This document shows, in pieces, positions 1 through 11,391 of a stretch of DNA of 64,000 nucleotides (position 1 is its first letter; each line of letters starts with the position of its first letter). A model generated the notes under the pieces. That model did no database searches and was not told where the DNA came from. It worked only from the letters and a program-made list of their open reading frames with translations. Position numbers and translations under genes: made by a program. The stretch comes from Schmidtea polychroa (Eukaryota), in contig CM097885.1 in NCBI GenBank assembly GCA_044892525.1, forward strand, positions 43,464,001 to 43,528,000. Reading direction: 5' to 3'.

Positions 1-320
1 TAAATTAAAATTAAAATATTCATTTTAAAAATATTCATTTTAATTTTAAACCCTTTTAATTCTAATATATTTAAAATAATTTAAGTTTCACTTTTAATTT
101 TAGAAAATTTAATGAAATAATTTTAATTTAACATTTTAATTTTAACTCCTCACAACGTCGATTCTTCAAAATATCTTAACATAAATTCATATTACAAAAA
201 ATCCCTAAGATCTAAAATTTTCTACCTGCTGATAAACATAAATGAATAACTAACCCCTTTTTGAAAACTGTATTAAGAATTGAAACCAATGTGTTCAAAT
301 AACCTAGAAAACATTTTGTT

Positions 321-3300
321 ATGTATACGATGAGATTGAAATGGCTCAACTTCTATAAATGTATCTTTTATGATAACATTGGTAAATTTTTTATTTGCAG
401 CCTATCACAAGAAGATGTGATGAAAATATTCGATGAAATATCTCAAAATTCTTTAAATGTTTCTCACTTGTACAATGGAGATTTCGTGAACTTAATAAAT
501 GGAAATGAATATTTATCTAAAAGACATTTGTTTCAATTGTTAAATCTAATAAATACATATATAGAAAATAATAGAGATAGTAGATCAGTCAAAGATATTT
601 TTACGATTTTGTCGGAATCTGAATTTATGACTAAAACAGTGCAAAAAATAATCGAAAAATGTTTCTTTGAGATGTTACAAAATTTTGAAATGGAAATCTT
701 ATTAATATTTTTCATTTATTACATATTTGAATTTCCAAAATATTTCTTTGAAAATTTGATGCATTTATATTCTTCATTGTTTATGTCCAGTGAAAGCTTT
801 CAAGACCGTCAAATTAAGATGTTAAGAGAAAAATTAAAAAATACATTTGAAGATGGCAAGGAGTCAATCAACAATGGGTCTAAAAATGCTTCTATTTCAG
901 TGAATTCCTGTCAACATAATCATGAAGCTTTTCGTGAAATATCAATTATTCCGCAATCTGAAGACATATTTTGTCTGAATGAGGAAGTTGAGTTATTTTG
1001 CAATAAATTTTCTGAGAATTCAGTTTCTGAGAATAAGTATGAAACAGTTGATGAATATTTAAGTACACAATTTCGATTGCTGAGAGAAGATTTTATTCGT
1101 CCTCTCCGCGAGAGTATTGGGAAAATTCGTCAAAATCTTTTAAGTTATAGCAAATTAACACCAAGAGATATTCAGGTTAGAATTTATGAGGATGTTGAAA
1201 TTGAACGTTTATTACCATCAAGAAATGGTATAGTATACAAAATCAAATTTGATTTATCCAAAATTCCCGCAAAAATGAATTGGCAAAAATCCCGTCGATT
1301 TATTCATGGATCTTTATTATGTTTTACTAATAATTTCTTTGACTCAATTTCCTTTGCATCAGTTATTGAAAGTGATCCTAAATTGCTATCGAAAGGCAAT
1401 GTAATGGTTCGATTTGAAAATGATCCAATTCTAGAAATTCTGACTAATAATAAATTTATGATGCTGGAAACTAAGAATCTTTTCGAAGCATACAGACACG
1501 TTTTACATAAATTACAGAAATTTAATTTGACGACTCTGCCATTTTCAGATTATTTGGCATACTCAGAAAATGTTGTTAGTAGTCCAAAGTTTATGAGTCC
1601 TAACGACATTGACAAAATTGCAATATTAAATAGAAACGATGGAGAATTGGATGATTCTCAATTGCCAGCACTTATTAATTCATTAAAATCAAAATTATCT
1701 TTGATTCAAGGTCCACCAGGAACTGGGAAAACATTCTTAGGTTTAAAAATTATCAAATATCTATCAAATAATTTTCAACAGGAATTTAATTCTATTGGTC
1801 CAATATTAGTTGTGTGCTACACCAATCACGCGTTGGATCAATTTCTAATAGACATTATTTCGGAATTGGGCGAACAGAATGTCATTAGAGTAGGCGGAAG
1901 AAGTAAAATAGAAAGTATGAAAAATTGTAACATTAACACTATCAAATGGCAATGGGTGCAGAAAAAACGTTTTCCACATGAAATTTTTAAAGCGAGTGTC
2001 TTGAATAAACAAACGATAAGAAATATCGAACTGGATTTGGTTGAGCTATATATTAAAATTATGTGTCTTAGTGGAAAACTATTAACTTTTTCTGAATTGA
2101 ATAGTCATATGAATAGGAGGGAAAAACATTATTTTGCAAAATATGATCTCCACGAATGGTTGAAAGGATCAGAAATACTGAAAGAAGATAACTTAGCTAA
2201 AAATTCGAAAATGGATGCATTTGTCGATGTCCGAACTGATTTAATAAACGAGTGTTTAAATGAAATTTTAATGCCACTTGTAGAACAAATGTATGATGAA
2301 TTATTATTTAATGAATCTGAAGAAGAAATTGAAGTTGAAGATGCAGAAACTTTTCTTTCCAATCAACGTATTTTGGATGAAGATTTTGATATAATAAAAT
2401 CAACTCAAAAATTCAATTCAATCTACAATGAAAAATTAGAAAATGATGACGCTGACAGTGAAGGGATAATAGATTCAGATGGATTTAAAACAGTAGCTAA
2501 TTTAAAGTTAATTAAAAATAGATTAAAAACTACTAAACCAATTACAGAGGAAAATCATGATAAAATTGTTGATTTAAATGTCGACTTTGAAATTCGATTG
2601 CAAATTTATAAATATTGGTGTGAGAAATATCGAGTTGCCCTAATAAATGAATATCATGCAACAAAATCAGAATATGATAATTTGTGTAAAATTAAACAAA
2701 ACTTACTTGACCAAGAATATGCTATGATTATGAGAACGAAAAAAGTTATAGGAATGACAACTACTGGAGCCGCAAGATACGGGGACGTCCTTGATAATGT
2801 TGGCTGTAAAGTTGTCGTTATCGAAGAAGCTGCAGAAGTATTAGAAGCTCATGTCATCAGTTCACTAAGTATAAATTGTCAACAGTTGATTATGATTGGA
2901 GACCACAAACAATTACGTCCAAAAGTTGATGTTTATGATTTGGAAATTAACTATAACATGGGAGTATCCTTATTTGAAAGACTTATTGCGAATAAATGTC
3001 AATATCACACCCTTCAATATCAACATCGAATGCGGCCGGAAATATCGAAATGTGTCAAACCAATTTATCCAGATTTAAAGGACAGTCATTCGGTTTTCAA
3101 TTATTCTTCAATTCCTGGAATGGGTACTGACATTTACTTTTTTAACCACTCGATTTTCGAAAGTCAAACAATTGACACGAGTTACCAAAATGAGTTTGAA
3201 GCTAAATTTATCAGTGAATTTTGTTCATATTTATTAAATAACGGGAACTTAGCACCCAAAATCACGGTCTTGACACTTTATACTGGACAATTGTACGCAA

Positions 3301-5372
3301 TATCGAAGTTTATGAAGTCTCCAAAATTTAAAGGAATAAGAATTTGTGTAGTGGATAATTTCCAGGGAGAAGAAAACGACATTATTATTTTATCTCTTGT
3401 TAGATCAAATAAGGATTGCAAAATTGGATTTTTGAAAAGTGAAAACCGATTATGCGTGGCTTTATCTCGAGCGAAACGAGGATTTTATGTCATCGGGAAC
3501 ATGAGTATGTTGTGCAACAAGATCGACCTATTTAAAAATATTTTTTCGAATTATTATACAAAGAAAACAGGATCGAAAATGCCACTAAAATGCACTTTAC
3601 ATCCAAACGACAATAACAGTTTTGTGAAAGATATAGGAGACTTTCTGAAACCATGTCCATCAATTTGTGGAATGATGTTAAAATGTGGTCATTTGTGTCG
3701 TGAACAGTGTCATCTAGCAAATCCTTCGCATAAAAAGTATCGATGTCGTGAACCTTGTTCGAAAAAATGTCAAAGAGGCAGTCACGATTGCAAATTAATT
3801 TGTTCCTCACAATGTAAATGTGACGAAATTATTTCATTGACCCTGAAATGTGGACACAAGGCTGAAAGCCGATGCTATATCGAAAATCCTTTAGTAGTCT
3901 GTAAAGTAGAGTGCCCAAATATATTACCTTGCGGTCACAAATGCGGTGAAAATTGTTCAATGGACTGTGTTTGCCGAACAATTGTAGATTTTAAACTACC
4001 ATGTAATCATAATATTCAAGAGGTTTGTGGGTTTAAAATAAATGGATTTAAATGCTTGAAAATGTGTAATAAAACACTGGCATGTGGGCATAAATGCACT
4101 AAAAAATGTTTCAACAAGTGTGAATGTTTACAACTTATTAAAGTCACTTTCAAATGTGAACATGCAAATATGTTCCCATGTTCAAAGATACCGGAAAAAT
4201 GTATGGAAAAATGTACAAAGAAATTAAAATGTGGCCATACAGGAATTTATATTTGCGGTGATTACGATAAGGCGAATTGTGATAAAATGTGTAGACGACA
4301 GTTAGAATGTTTGCATATTTGCCAATCTTCATGCAATAAATGTTTTAATGGTAGACTTCATTCAATTTGTCAAGAAAAGTGTAATAAATTATTGAAGTGT
4401 GGTCATAGATGCAGTTATTCTTGTCATCCGGGAAACTGTTTACCATGTTTAAGTATATGCCAACTTAGTTGTTTGCATGAAAAATGCAATTTAAAATGCT
4501 CTGAAATCTGCGATAGACTAAATTGTTTGAAGAATTGCTTAAGACAAATAACATGCGCAATATGTAAAAAGCGCAAAATCTGTCAAAGAACTTGTGATGA
4601 ATTGTGTTCTCGAACATGCAAAGATTGTCAAATAGATGATTTGGATTATTATCATATGGAACCATGCAAATGTCTGGTCAAGAAACTCGAGTTCAAACCG
4701 AAAGTATGTCTGTTAGAGAATATATTATATTTAAAATGTCAAATTTGCGAAAGAAATCTTGCTACACCCTATAAAGGGTTTCTTTTAGAATTTTATAATA
4801 CTCATTTTAGAAAGTGTTTTCAACATCTGCCGAAAGATCTAAATTTAAAATTTGTTGAAATATTTGAGAAATTCAAAGCTATCAATGTTATTGATGAGGA
4901 AATTTCCAAGGAAATTCTGTTGAAAATATCCGCATATCGAATATTCCAATCGGACTTTTTAATTTTCGACTTATCATATAAATTCCTTTTAGAAATATTA
5001 GAAATACATACACAAATATCCAAATTAGAAGACAATGGAAAATTATCGGTTTATGTTGATAACATAGTTCAGATTCTAAGATATTTATTTAAATGGCTGG
5101 ATCCAACTATCAGACGATTCGGTAATAAAGAGATTTCGGTTTACACCGAGGAAAAGAATTTCATTTGCTTAATGATTGAAATTCTACAATTTATTAATTC
5201 AGCCAGCCCTACTGAATACGCTATAATATTCAAGAATTCCTATTCCCTTTTGTGTGACATGCAAAACATATTTGGAGAAATTCCCATCGAGACATTCCAA
5301 GAACGATTTACTGAAATTAAAGCTTCAATTAATAAAAATAGTAAGTTTCGATTATTTTATCTAATGTTGTAA
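321..5372 (+). CDS. ZNFX1: NFX1-type zinc finger-containing SF1 (UPF1-like) helicase, ZNFX1 family
   Basis: Uninterrupted 1683-aa ORF. Shows ZNFX1-type blocks FREISIIPQSEDI and YLSTQFRLLREDFIRPLRESI, Walker A GPPGTGKT, motif II IEEAAEV, IGDHKQLRP, VDNFQGEE and RLCVALSRAKRG, followed by tandem NF-X1 Cys/His repeats (LKCGH.C). The true start is uncertain: acceptor-like ttatttgcag ends at 400 and there is an in-frame ATG at 420. AATAAA at 5531. Confidence 0.93.
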   Translation: MYTMRLKWLNFYKCIFYDNIGKFFICSLSQEDVMKIFDEISQNSLNVSHLYNGDFVNLINGNEYLSKRHLFQLLNLINTYIENNRDSRSVKDIFTILSESEFMTKTVQKIIEKCFFEMLQNFEMEILLIFFIYYIFEFPKYFFENLMHLYSSLFMSSESFQDRQIKMLREKLKNTFEDGKESINNGSKNASISVNSCQHNHEAFREISIIPQSEDIFCLNEEVELFCNKFSENSVSENKYETVDEYLSTQFRLLREDFIRPLRESIGKIRQNLLSYSKLTPRDIQVRIYEDVEIERLLPSRNGIVYKIKFDLSKIPAKMNWQKSRRFIHGSLLCFTNNFFDSISFASVIESDPKLLSKGNVMVRFENDPILEILTNNKFMMLETKNLFEAYRHVLHKLQKFNLTTLPFSDYLAYSENVVSSPKFMSPNDIDKIAILNRNDGELDDSQLPALINSLKSKLSLIQGPPGTGKTFLGLKIIKYLSNNFQQEFNSIGPILVVCYTNHALDQFLIDIISELGEQNVIRVGGRSKIESMKNCNINTIKWQWVQKKRFPHEIFKASVLNKQTIRNIELDLVELYIKIMCLSGKLLTFSELNSHMNRREKHYFAKYDLHEWLKGSEILKEDNLAKNSKMDAFVDVRTDLINECLNEILMPLVEQMYDELLFNESEEEIEVEDAETFLSNQRILDEDFDIIKSTQKFNSIYNEKLENDDADSEGIIDSDGFKTVANLKLIKNRLKTTKPITEENHDKIVDLNVDFEIRLQIYKYWCEKYRVALINEYHATKSEYDNLCKIKQNLLDQEYAMIMRTKKVIGMTTTGAARYGDVLDNVGCKVVVIEEAAEVLEAHVISSLSINCQQLIMIGDHKQLRPKVDVYDLEINYNMGVSLFERLIANKCQYHTLQYQHRMRPEISKCVKPIYPDLKDSHSVFNYSSIPGMGTDIYFFNHSIFESQTIDTSYQNEFEAKFISEFCSYLLNNGNLAPKITVLTLYTGQLYAISKFMKSPKFKGIRICVVDNFQGEENDIIILSLVRSNKDCKIGFLKSENRLCVALSRAKRGFYVIGNMSMLCNKIDLFKNIFSNYYTKKTGSKMPLKCTLHPNDNNSFVKDIGDFLKPCPSICGMMLKCGHLCREQCHLANPSHKKYRCREPCSKKCQRGSHDCKLICSSQCKCDEIISLTLKCGHKAESRCYIENPLVVCKVECPNILPCGHKCGENCSMDCVCRTIVDFKLPCNHNIQEVCGFKINGFKCLKMCNKTLACGHKCTKKCFNKCECLQLIKVTFKCEHANMFPCSKIPEKCMEKCTKKLKCGHTGIYICGDYDKANCDKMCRRQLECLHICQSSCNKCFNGRLHSICQEKCNKLLKCGHRCSYSCHPGNCLPCLSICQLSCLHEKCNLKCSEICDRLNCLKNCLRQITCAICKKRKICQRTCDELCSRTCKDCQIDDLDYYHMEPCKCLVKKLEFKPKVCLLENILYLKCQICERNLATPYKGFLLEFYNTHFRKCFQHLPKDLNLKFVEIFEKFKAINVIDEEISKEILLKISAYRIFQSDFLIFDLSYKFLLEILEIHTQISKLEDNGKLSVYVDNIVQILRYLFKWLDPTIRRFGNKEISVYTEEKNFICLMIEILQFINSASPTEYAIIFKNSYSLLCDMQNIFGEIPIETFQERFTEIKASINKNSKFRLFYLML

Positions 5373-6131
5373 ATTACACTGAAGTACATAAATTATGGGC
5401 GGATTAGAGACAAATTAAGGTCTAATACACCTGGCTTTACACCACGTTTTGATGAGAAAATAATAAGAAAAGAGTAAATAGCCTTTTATTATTAAAGTGA
5501 TGAATATTAAAATGATGCTTATTAAATAATAATAAATTTTAATATTTTTGTGTTAATATTTTATTATATTTTTTCTTATATTTTCTTATAATTTTAAAAT
5601 GATTGAAAATCTTATTACTGACAATACAATGCTAAAAATTAATCTCTCAATACAATTACAAGAAAGCAGCAAAGACAATTAATTTTAGATTCTTTACCTA
5701 AACAGGTAAGATGTATTTTAAATTTAAACATCAAAATATTTTATAGAAGTATTTTGTAAGCAAGAAAATGGTTGGAAAACATCGAAGTATGGCTAGGAAT
5801 AAATGATTAAAGCCTAATTGGAAATTTTGTTTTTATTTCTGACGAAAGAAGCTAATATTCTTTGGAAAGATTACAAAAAGATGAGCATTGCTGACGAAAA
5901 CGCATGAAGCTGGTTTATCGACATTTTCACGTCACCGGGGCCTGCAAAATTACCGAATAAAAGCTAAACGGTAAATATTTGAGTAAACACTGGTTTACCG
6001 GTAAGGTACCGGTAAATGATTTAAATAAACAATCATGTATAGCATATTAGTGCTGGTGGAATGTAAAAAACGTACGAAGAAATAACTAGCAATTATTTTA
6101 TAATACACCTAAATCCGAAATATGAAAGTTT

Positions 6132-7858
6132 CTACACCATACACCACTGAGATACATTCTCTATAGTGGTGGTTGGCGTGAAGAGCAATTGCTCACTCAC
6201 CAATTTAATGAATTTCTCATCCTATTTTGGAAATTTATTTAGCCATTTTACAAATGGCTTTCAGGTAAGATGTTAAATTTTAAGTAAATTTTAAGACTTG
6301 AATATTGGTCCATATAGATATGAGATCATTATCAAAGTTCTTAAATATTACTTTTAATCAATAGTATGATTATAAATTATTTTTAATTAAATTTTAGAGA
6401 TTTTTTAGGAATTTTATGACATTTATCTTTAATTATTTTGGAATTATTTCGAAAAAATGTGAGTCAGATATATTTTTAATTATAATTAAATAAATCAATC
6501 ACCAAAAATATGTATTTTTCTAAAACATTTTGGGAAAAAACGACGAATATGAATTATTAAAGCTGCTAGAACATCTTCTAAATTATTTTTTAAATTAGGT
6601 TCAAAACTTAACGTCATAATTTAATGAAATATTGTATAATTTTCAAACAAATTTTCGATTCCCGGTAAGTTTATCGAAAACAAATTTATCGAAAGCGAGT
6701 TTATCGAAAACGAGTTTATCGAATGATCAATTGATCGAATGACGAGTTTATCGAAAAATATTATTTTTAAGGAACTTACGAATTGAGGATTTTATCTCAA
6801 AAAAGCATGTCTCTTTTTAAAAAATTAAAAACTTTTAAATATTTTATTCGATTTTATTCGCTTTCGATAACTCGTTTTCGATAAACTCGTTGGCCACCAT
6901 TATTTCAGTATTTTTTGTCTAAAACGAATTTTTTGCAACAAATGCTATTATAAACACATTTTAAGTTTCTGCATATAAAGAAAAAATTTAAAAGTTTAAT
7001 TCTTTAAAAATAATATTTTTCGATAAACTCTTTTTCGATAAACTGGCTTTCGATAAACTGGCTTTCGATAAACTTGTTTTCGATAAACTAGCTTTCGATA
7101 AACTGGCTTTCGATAAACTCGTTTTCGATAAACTCGTTTTCGATAAACTCGTTTTCGATAAACTCGTCGGCTACCAAATTTTCAACGTTGAATAAAATAT
7201 TTTAAAAATCATTTATTAAAATTTCGATATTTAAAATATATTTATTTAAAAATGATTTACTAGTAAAAGCTTGTTTAATTTTTCAATTTAAAAATTTAAA
7301 AATTTCAATATAAAATGTTTTTAAAAGTTATTTTAAATAGTCAATTATTTATCATTTAAAATTATTTTAATAAATCATTGAAATATTTAATTCTCAGCTG
7401 AAAGCACCTCACATGAATAAAATGATTTTTTTAATTTTTGTAACTTTTTTTCTGAGCTCAATATAAGGGTATTCTTTCAGGAAATCAAATCTGGATTGAA
7501 AAAACATTGAACCAAATTCATCTGCTCTTGATATTTTCATTAAAAATATAATTTTAAATATTTTCAACGATCTTTTTTTTCTAAAAATTATCTAAAATAA
7601 AGTTATTATAGAAACGTATCTCAGCGTTACATTTATACGAATCAAAAGTTTGTATGTGTTTTTCAGTATGTGTTGCACTTGTGTGCAGTTCTTAATTTTT
7701 CTTCCACTTTTCAGATTTCTATAGTATAAGATGTATCTCAGTGATCTATAAATGAGAACATCAACGTGAAATCAAAGTAAGTATGTATGTTTCTATAATA
7801 TAAGATTATTGATTTTTTTGTTATATTATAGGAAACGGTTCTCAGTGGTGTTTGGTGT
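6132..7858. mobile_element. Non-autonomous TIR element, copy A (related copy B at 41609-42398)
   Basis: Ends ctacacca.acaccactgaga...tctcagtggtgtttggtgt are inverted. Long internal blocks match 41609-42398. Segment ~7180-7408 recurs inverted at ~62061-62295. No clear TSD. Confidence 0.6.
6657..7175. mobile_element. Foldback/MULE-like non-autonomous element built from inverted arrays of a 15-bp unit
   Basis: Left arm has tandem gagtttatcgaaaac units and right arm has tandem ttcgataaactcgtt units (reverse complement). Flanked by direct repeat (c)aaattttc at 6648-6656 and 7175-7183 (8-9 bp TSD). Nested in the element above. Confidence 0.7.
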
Positions 7859-9691
7859 CTAAAAACTTTTAATTTTCGGAACATTCAATTTGTACACACA
7901 TGTAAGTTTGTGTGTTTTTATACTATAATTTTATCGATTTTTTTAGATTATAGAAACTTTTATATTTTGGATTTAGTTGTATTTATATTGTAAATCATAA
8001 AATTTTAATTCATTTATCAAGGAAACATAATTATAAAAATTCAATTCACAGAAACCAATTGTCAATAAAATTTATGAATTATCTCATGCGATGAGCGTTT
8101 TTCAACGTTTGAATTATGAATAAAAAAGCTGTTAGATGACATATTTGATTGTAAAATTTCAAAGGAAAATTGACGAAATTATAGCATTGAATTGTGTTCA
8201 CAATGATCAATTAAAACTAAGTTTTTTGTCGAAGCCAGACATGTCAAGAGAAGAAGTGAGAATAGCTACTAAAAACTTTGAATCTTGAAATTTATTCACC
8301 AAAGAAAACTTTTACTTAAAATAACCGGTACTTTAAATTTACATACCAAAACAAATGAAGGCAACTTCATACAAGTAGACTGATATTAGAACATCCAAGA
8401 GGGGAAATATAGGACGACGATGCAGATATAAGCTGTTGATTTAGTATCAAATCATTTTCAATCATTATATATAAATTAAATTATAAGTTTTCCCCATTTT
8501 CGTATTAATTTTATTTTTAGAAAATGTGATAATATTTTGGCTCTATATTCTCGATTACAATATATCAAATAATTACCATAGTAACTGTTTTTATTGGATG
8601 CTTAAATTATAGGATAAATTAGATTTCAAATTTTAATTTAAAGGCGAAATTGATTGAAAACAATATACAGTATACGATACATGATCAAATACATACTTAC
8701 CAAAGATAGTTAGATTACAGTGGTGCCTCGCATTTTGACACTAATCTGTCGCTGAACTAATGTTAGATTGCAGGAGAACTTTCCCCAAAAGATCTACGAA
8801 CAAGCATTCAGACGAAACCCATCAAAATTAAACGTAAATTAGATAAATACTAAGAACAAATTAATTCTTTCAAATTTATCAAAAATTAGTCAACAGAAGA
8901 TATAGACTTTTCAATAATGTACATGTAAATAATCCTTTTACGTACTGTTCCGTGAGTTGGAAACAAAACTTATATGCATCGATTAAGTTGAACGTATTTT
9001 GGCTTAGACGCCTGTGAATTTCTGAATCCGGATTGATAACGTTGGATCAACCAATTCATGCGATCTTGCTCCTTCTGGAAATGATTGACCAGCTTATATA
9101 TACAAGGATTTTGACAATCGGCCGCCTGCTGAAATGGCCAATTTCAAGAATCCATTGAATTATTGGTACGGGACAGATTGTCGGATTTACTCGAGGGCGT
9201 CTTTTTTATATTCCGACATACCTGTCTTCACAATAGCTTCCGGAACATCATCTACAGGAATGTTTTCACATTTAAGCTGGTTGCTTAAAATTAATTTGTT
9301 GAACTTACTTAAAACGAAGTCATTGTCTGAATTTGTATGCGACAAGTTAATTGTGTTATTTTACGATTGTGTTTAATCTATATCTTCAAGCAATTTAGCT
9401 GTTTTCACACATAAACTGAGTGCTTTTGTGAGGTCATCCTACGAACAATATATTAATTCGTTGTTGGACCGCATACCATTTGCCCTGCATTGGTGAGTGA
9501 GGTTAATGCGCTATATTATTTAAATAATTTTATAACACTAAATTAAAAGAAAAACTATATAAAATAAAATATGTTGAGGCTTAGAGATTGGAATGTAGTT
9601 TTCTTTATCCTGTTCTACGCCTTCACCTTTTATCTTGCCTTGTAAAAAGAGCAGAGCAGTTACTCGTTCTCATAAACCCCATTAATGAAAG

Positions 9692-9772
9692 TTTTTGCTT
9701 TAAGTACTTATGCAACAACGAATCTTTTAGATTAAGGAAGTGGAAACCAGGCTATACAATTAACTATTATAT
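9692..9772 (+). repeat. ~80-bp direct repeat, second copy at 15938-16018
   Basis: tttttgctttaagtacttatgcaacaacgaatcttttagattaaggaagtgg...caattaactattatat occurs at both loci with few mismatches. Confidence 0.85.
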
Positions 9773-11238
9773 CGACATTTTAAAACGATTTTGGACCTAC
9801 AAGAATCAGTGATCATGTAATCACAATAGCGTTCGATTTCTCATTGGTAATTTTTTCTCGAGCACGTAAATCTTTACAGTAGGTGACATAGTTATCAAAT
9901 TTCAATTTTTTTATTGTGTATCGTGTTGTTATGTGTTTTCAACTGAGAATTAAATATTTTAAATATTTTATTAAAATAGTTTATAATAAATTGAAATAGT
10001 AAATAATAAAATTGTTTAAATCAGAAATGAATTTTTATTATTAAGTATTTGTAAAATATTTAAATATTAGAATTTATTTACATATGTAATTTTACAGCAA
10101 ATTTAAAACATATGTTATAATTTAAAATGTTTTTATTAATAAAATAAAATTTTAAATGTTAAATTCTTAGATAGATATTTTAAAAAGTTTGTTTAAAAAT
10201 TAAACATTGAATTATAAGGATTATGTTTTCGACTTCAAGTTTATCAAATGAAAGCAATATAAAATATGTTTAAGCAACGCTCAGAAGATTAGTTAACGTT
10301 TACTTAAAGATCCATATTGCCTAACTTACATAGTATTTAGTTTTAAAATGTTATGCTGAGTTCTCTCTATTAACGTTGAAATTCGAAACACAACTCTAAA
10401 TTATAGCAGTAGATAGTTCAAAGTAAAATATTTTGACTCAAAATCTAATGCGAATGTAAAAACATTGGGGATTTCTATTCTTCAAGCAGAGCTGTGGTAA
10501 ACAAGAGGAAATCAAATAGATGAACTAATCATAAACAATTCATGTCCCCATCGTATGTTTCCTCATCTGCGAACACATGCAGATTTAAACGTTTGAATGA
10601 CATTAACCATTCAAATGTTTACATGCATCTATTTAGTAGAAATTTAAGGAATTATTCAACTCTATCAATATAATCCAGTTGAAGGATTATTTGATTTTTT
10701 ATAAATTAAATGCTTTATATAAATTAATCAGAAAATTAACAAGCTAAAACAAAGAAAGCAGTTAATTATTGAATAATTATATTTCAATGAGATAAATATA
10801 AAGTGATAAAATAATTAATTAAAACATAGTAAAAAAGAGGAGTTCCATTTTACAAGATTTTTTTGGGATACCGAAAAATTCCTCTAACAAATTTTGACAA
10901 TTGTCGCCAGTCAGGAAAGATAGGAGCAAACAGCGATTTTCCGAAGAAGCAAATAAATTATTATCTCAAAAATTCATGATATTCATTCGATTTCTGAAAA
11001 TGAATTAAAATTTGGTGAATAAGTCATATTGTCATTAGACTATTTTGTTTTAAAAATAGCAGACATGCGAAGATTTTTTGATTCTCGATCCTCAGAATAG
11101 TGGGAAAATAGCTTATGAATCGGTATATTAACAGCATTATATCAAATAGCGGAATTGTTTCAAGAGCACTAAATTACAATAGTTTCGTTTATAAAACAAA
11201 TCTGAATTTCCAATAGCTATGGATGAAATATATATTAG

Positions 11239-11391
11239 AGTTAGATATCTGTTTGTTTAAATAATTTGGATTTGGCAGATTTTGTGAATTAATTAAAACT
11301 TGTTATTTAGAAATTCTTGGATTAAATATATATTATTAGTTTGAAGATTTTTGTTGCAAATTTAAAGATGGATCTAAAGATGGATTTAACT
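11239..11391 (+). repeat. 5' LTR (AGTTA...TAACT)
   Basis: Identical by eye to 15778-15930. Confidence 0.95.

Noticed and set aside
5599..5860. Small exon-intron-like segment with W...ISDE resembling a Tc1 transposase
   Set aside because: Multiple stops and frameshifts and no TIRs; similarity too weak to call.
6664..7170. CRISPR-like regular repeats (also ~26885-27000, ~38283-38370, ~43565-43650, ~47346-47525)
   Set aside because: Units of 15-21 bp are directly tandem with no unique spacers, there are no cas genes, and the context is eukaryotic. They fit transposon subterminal arrays.
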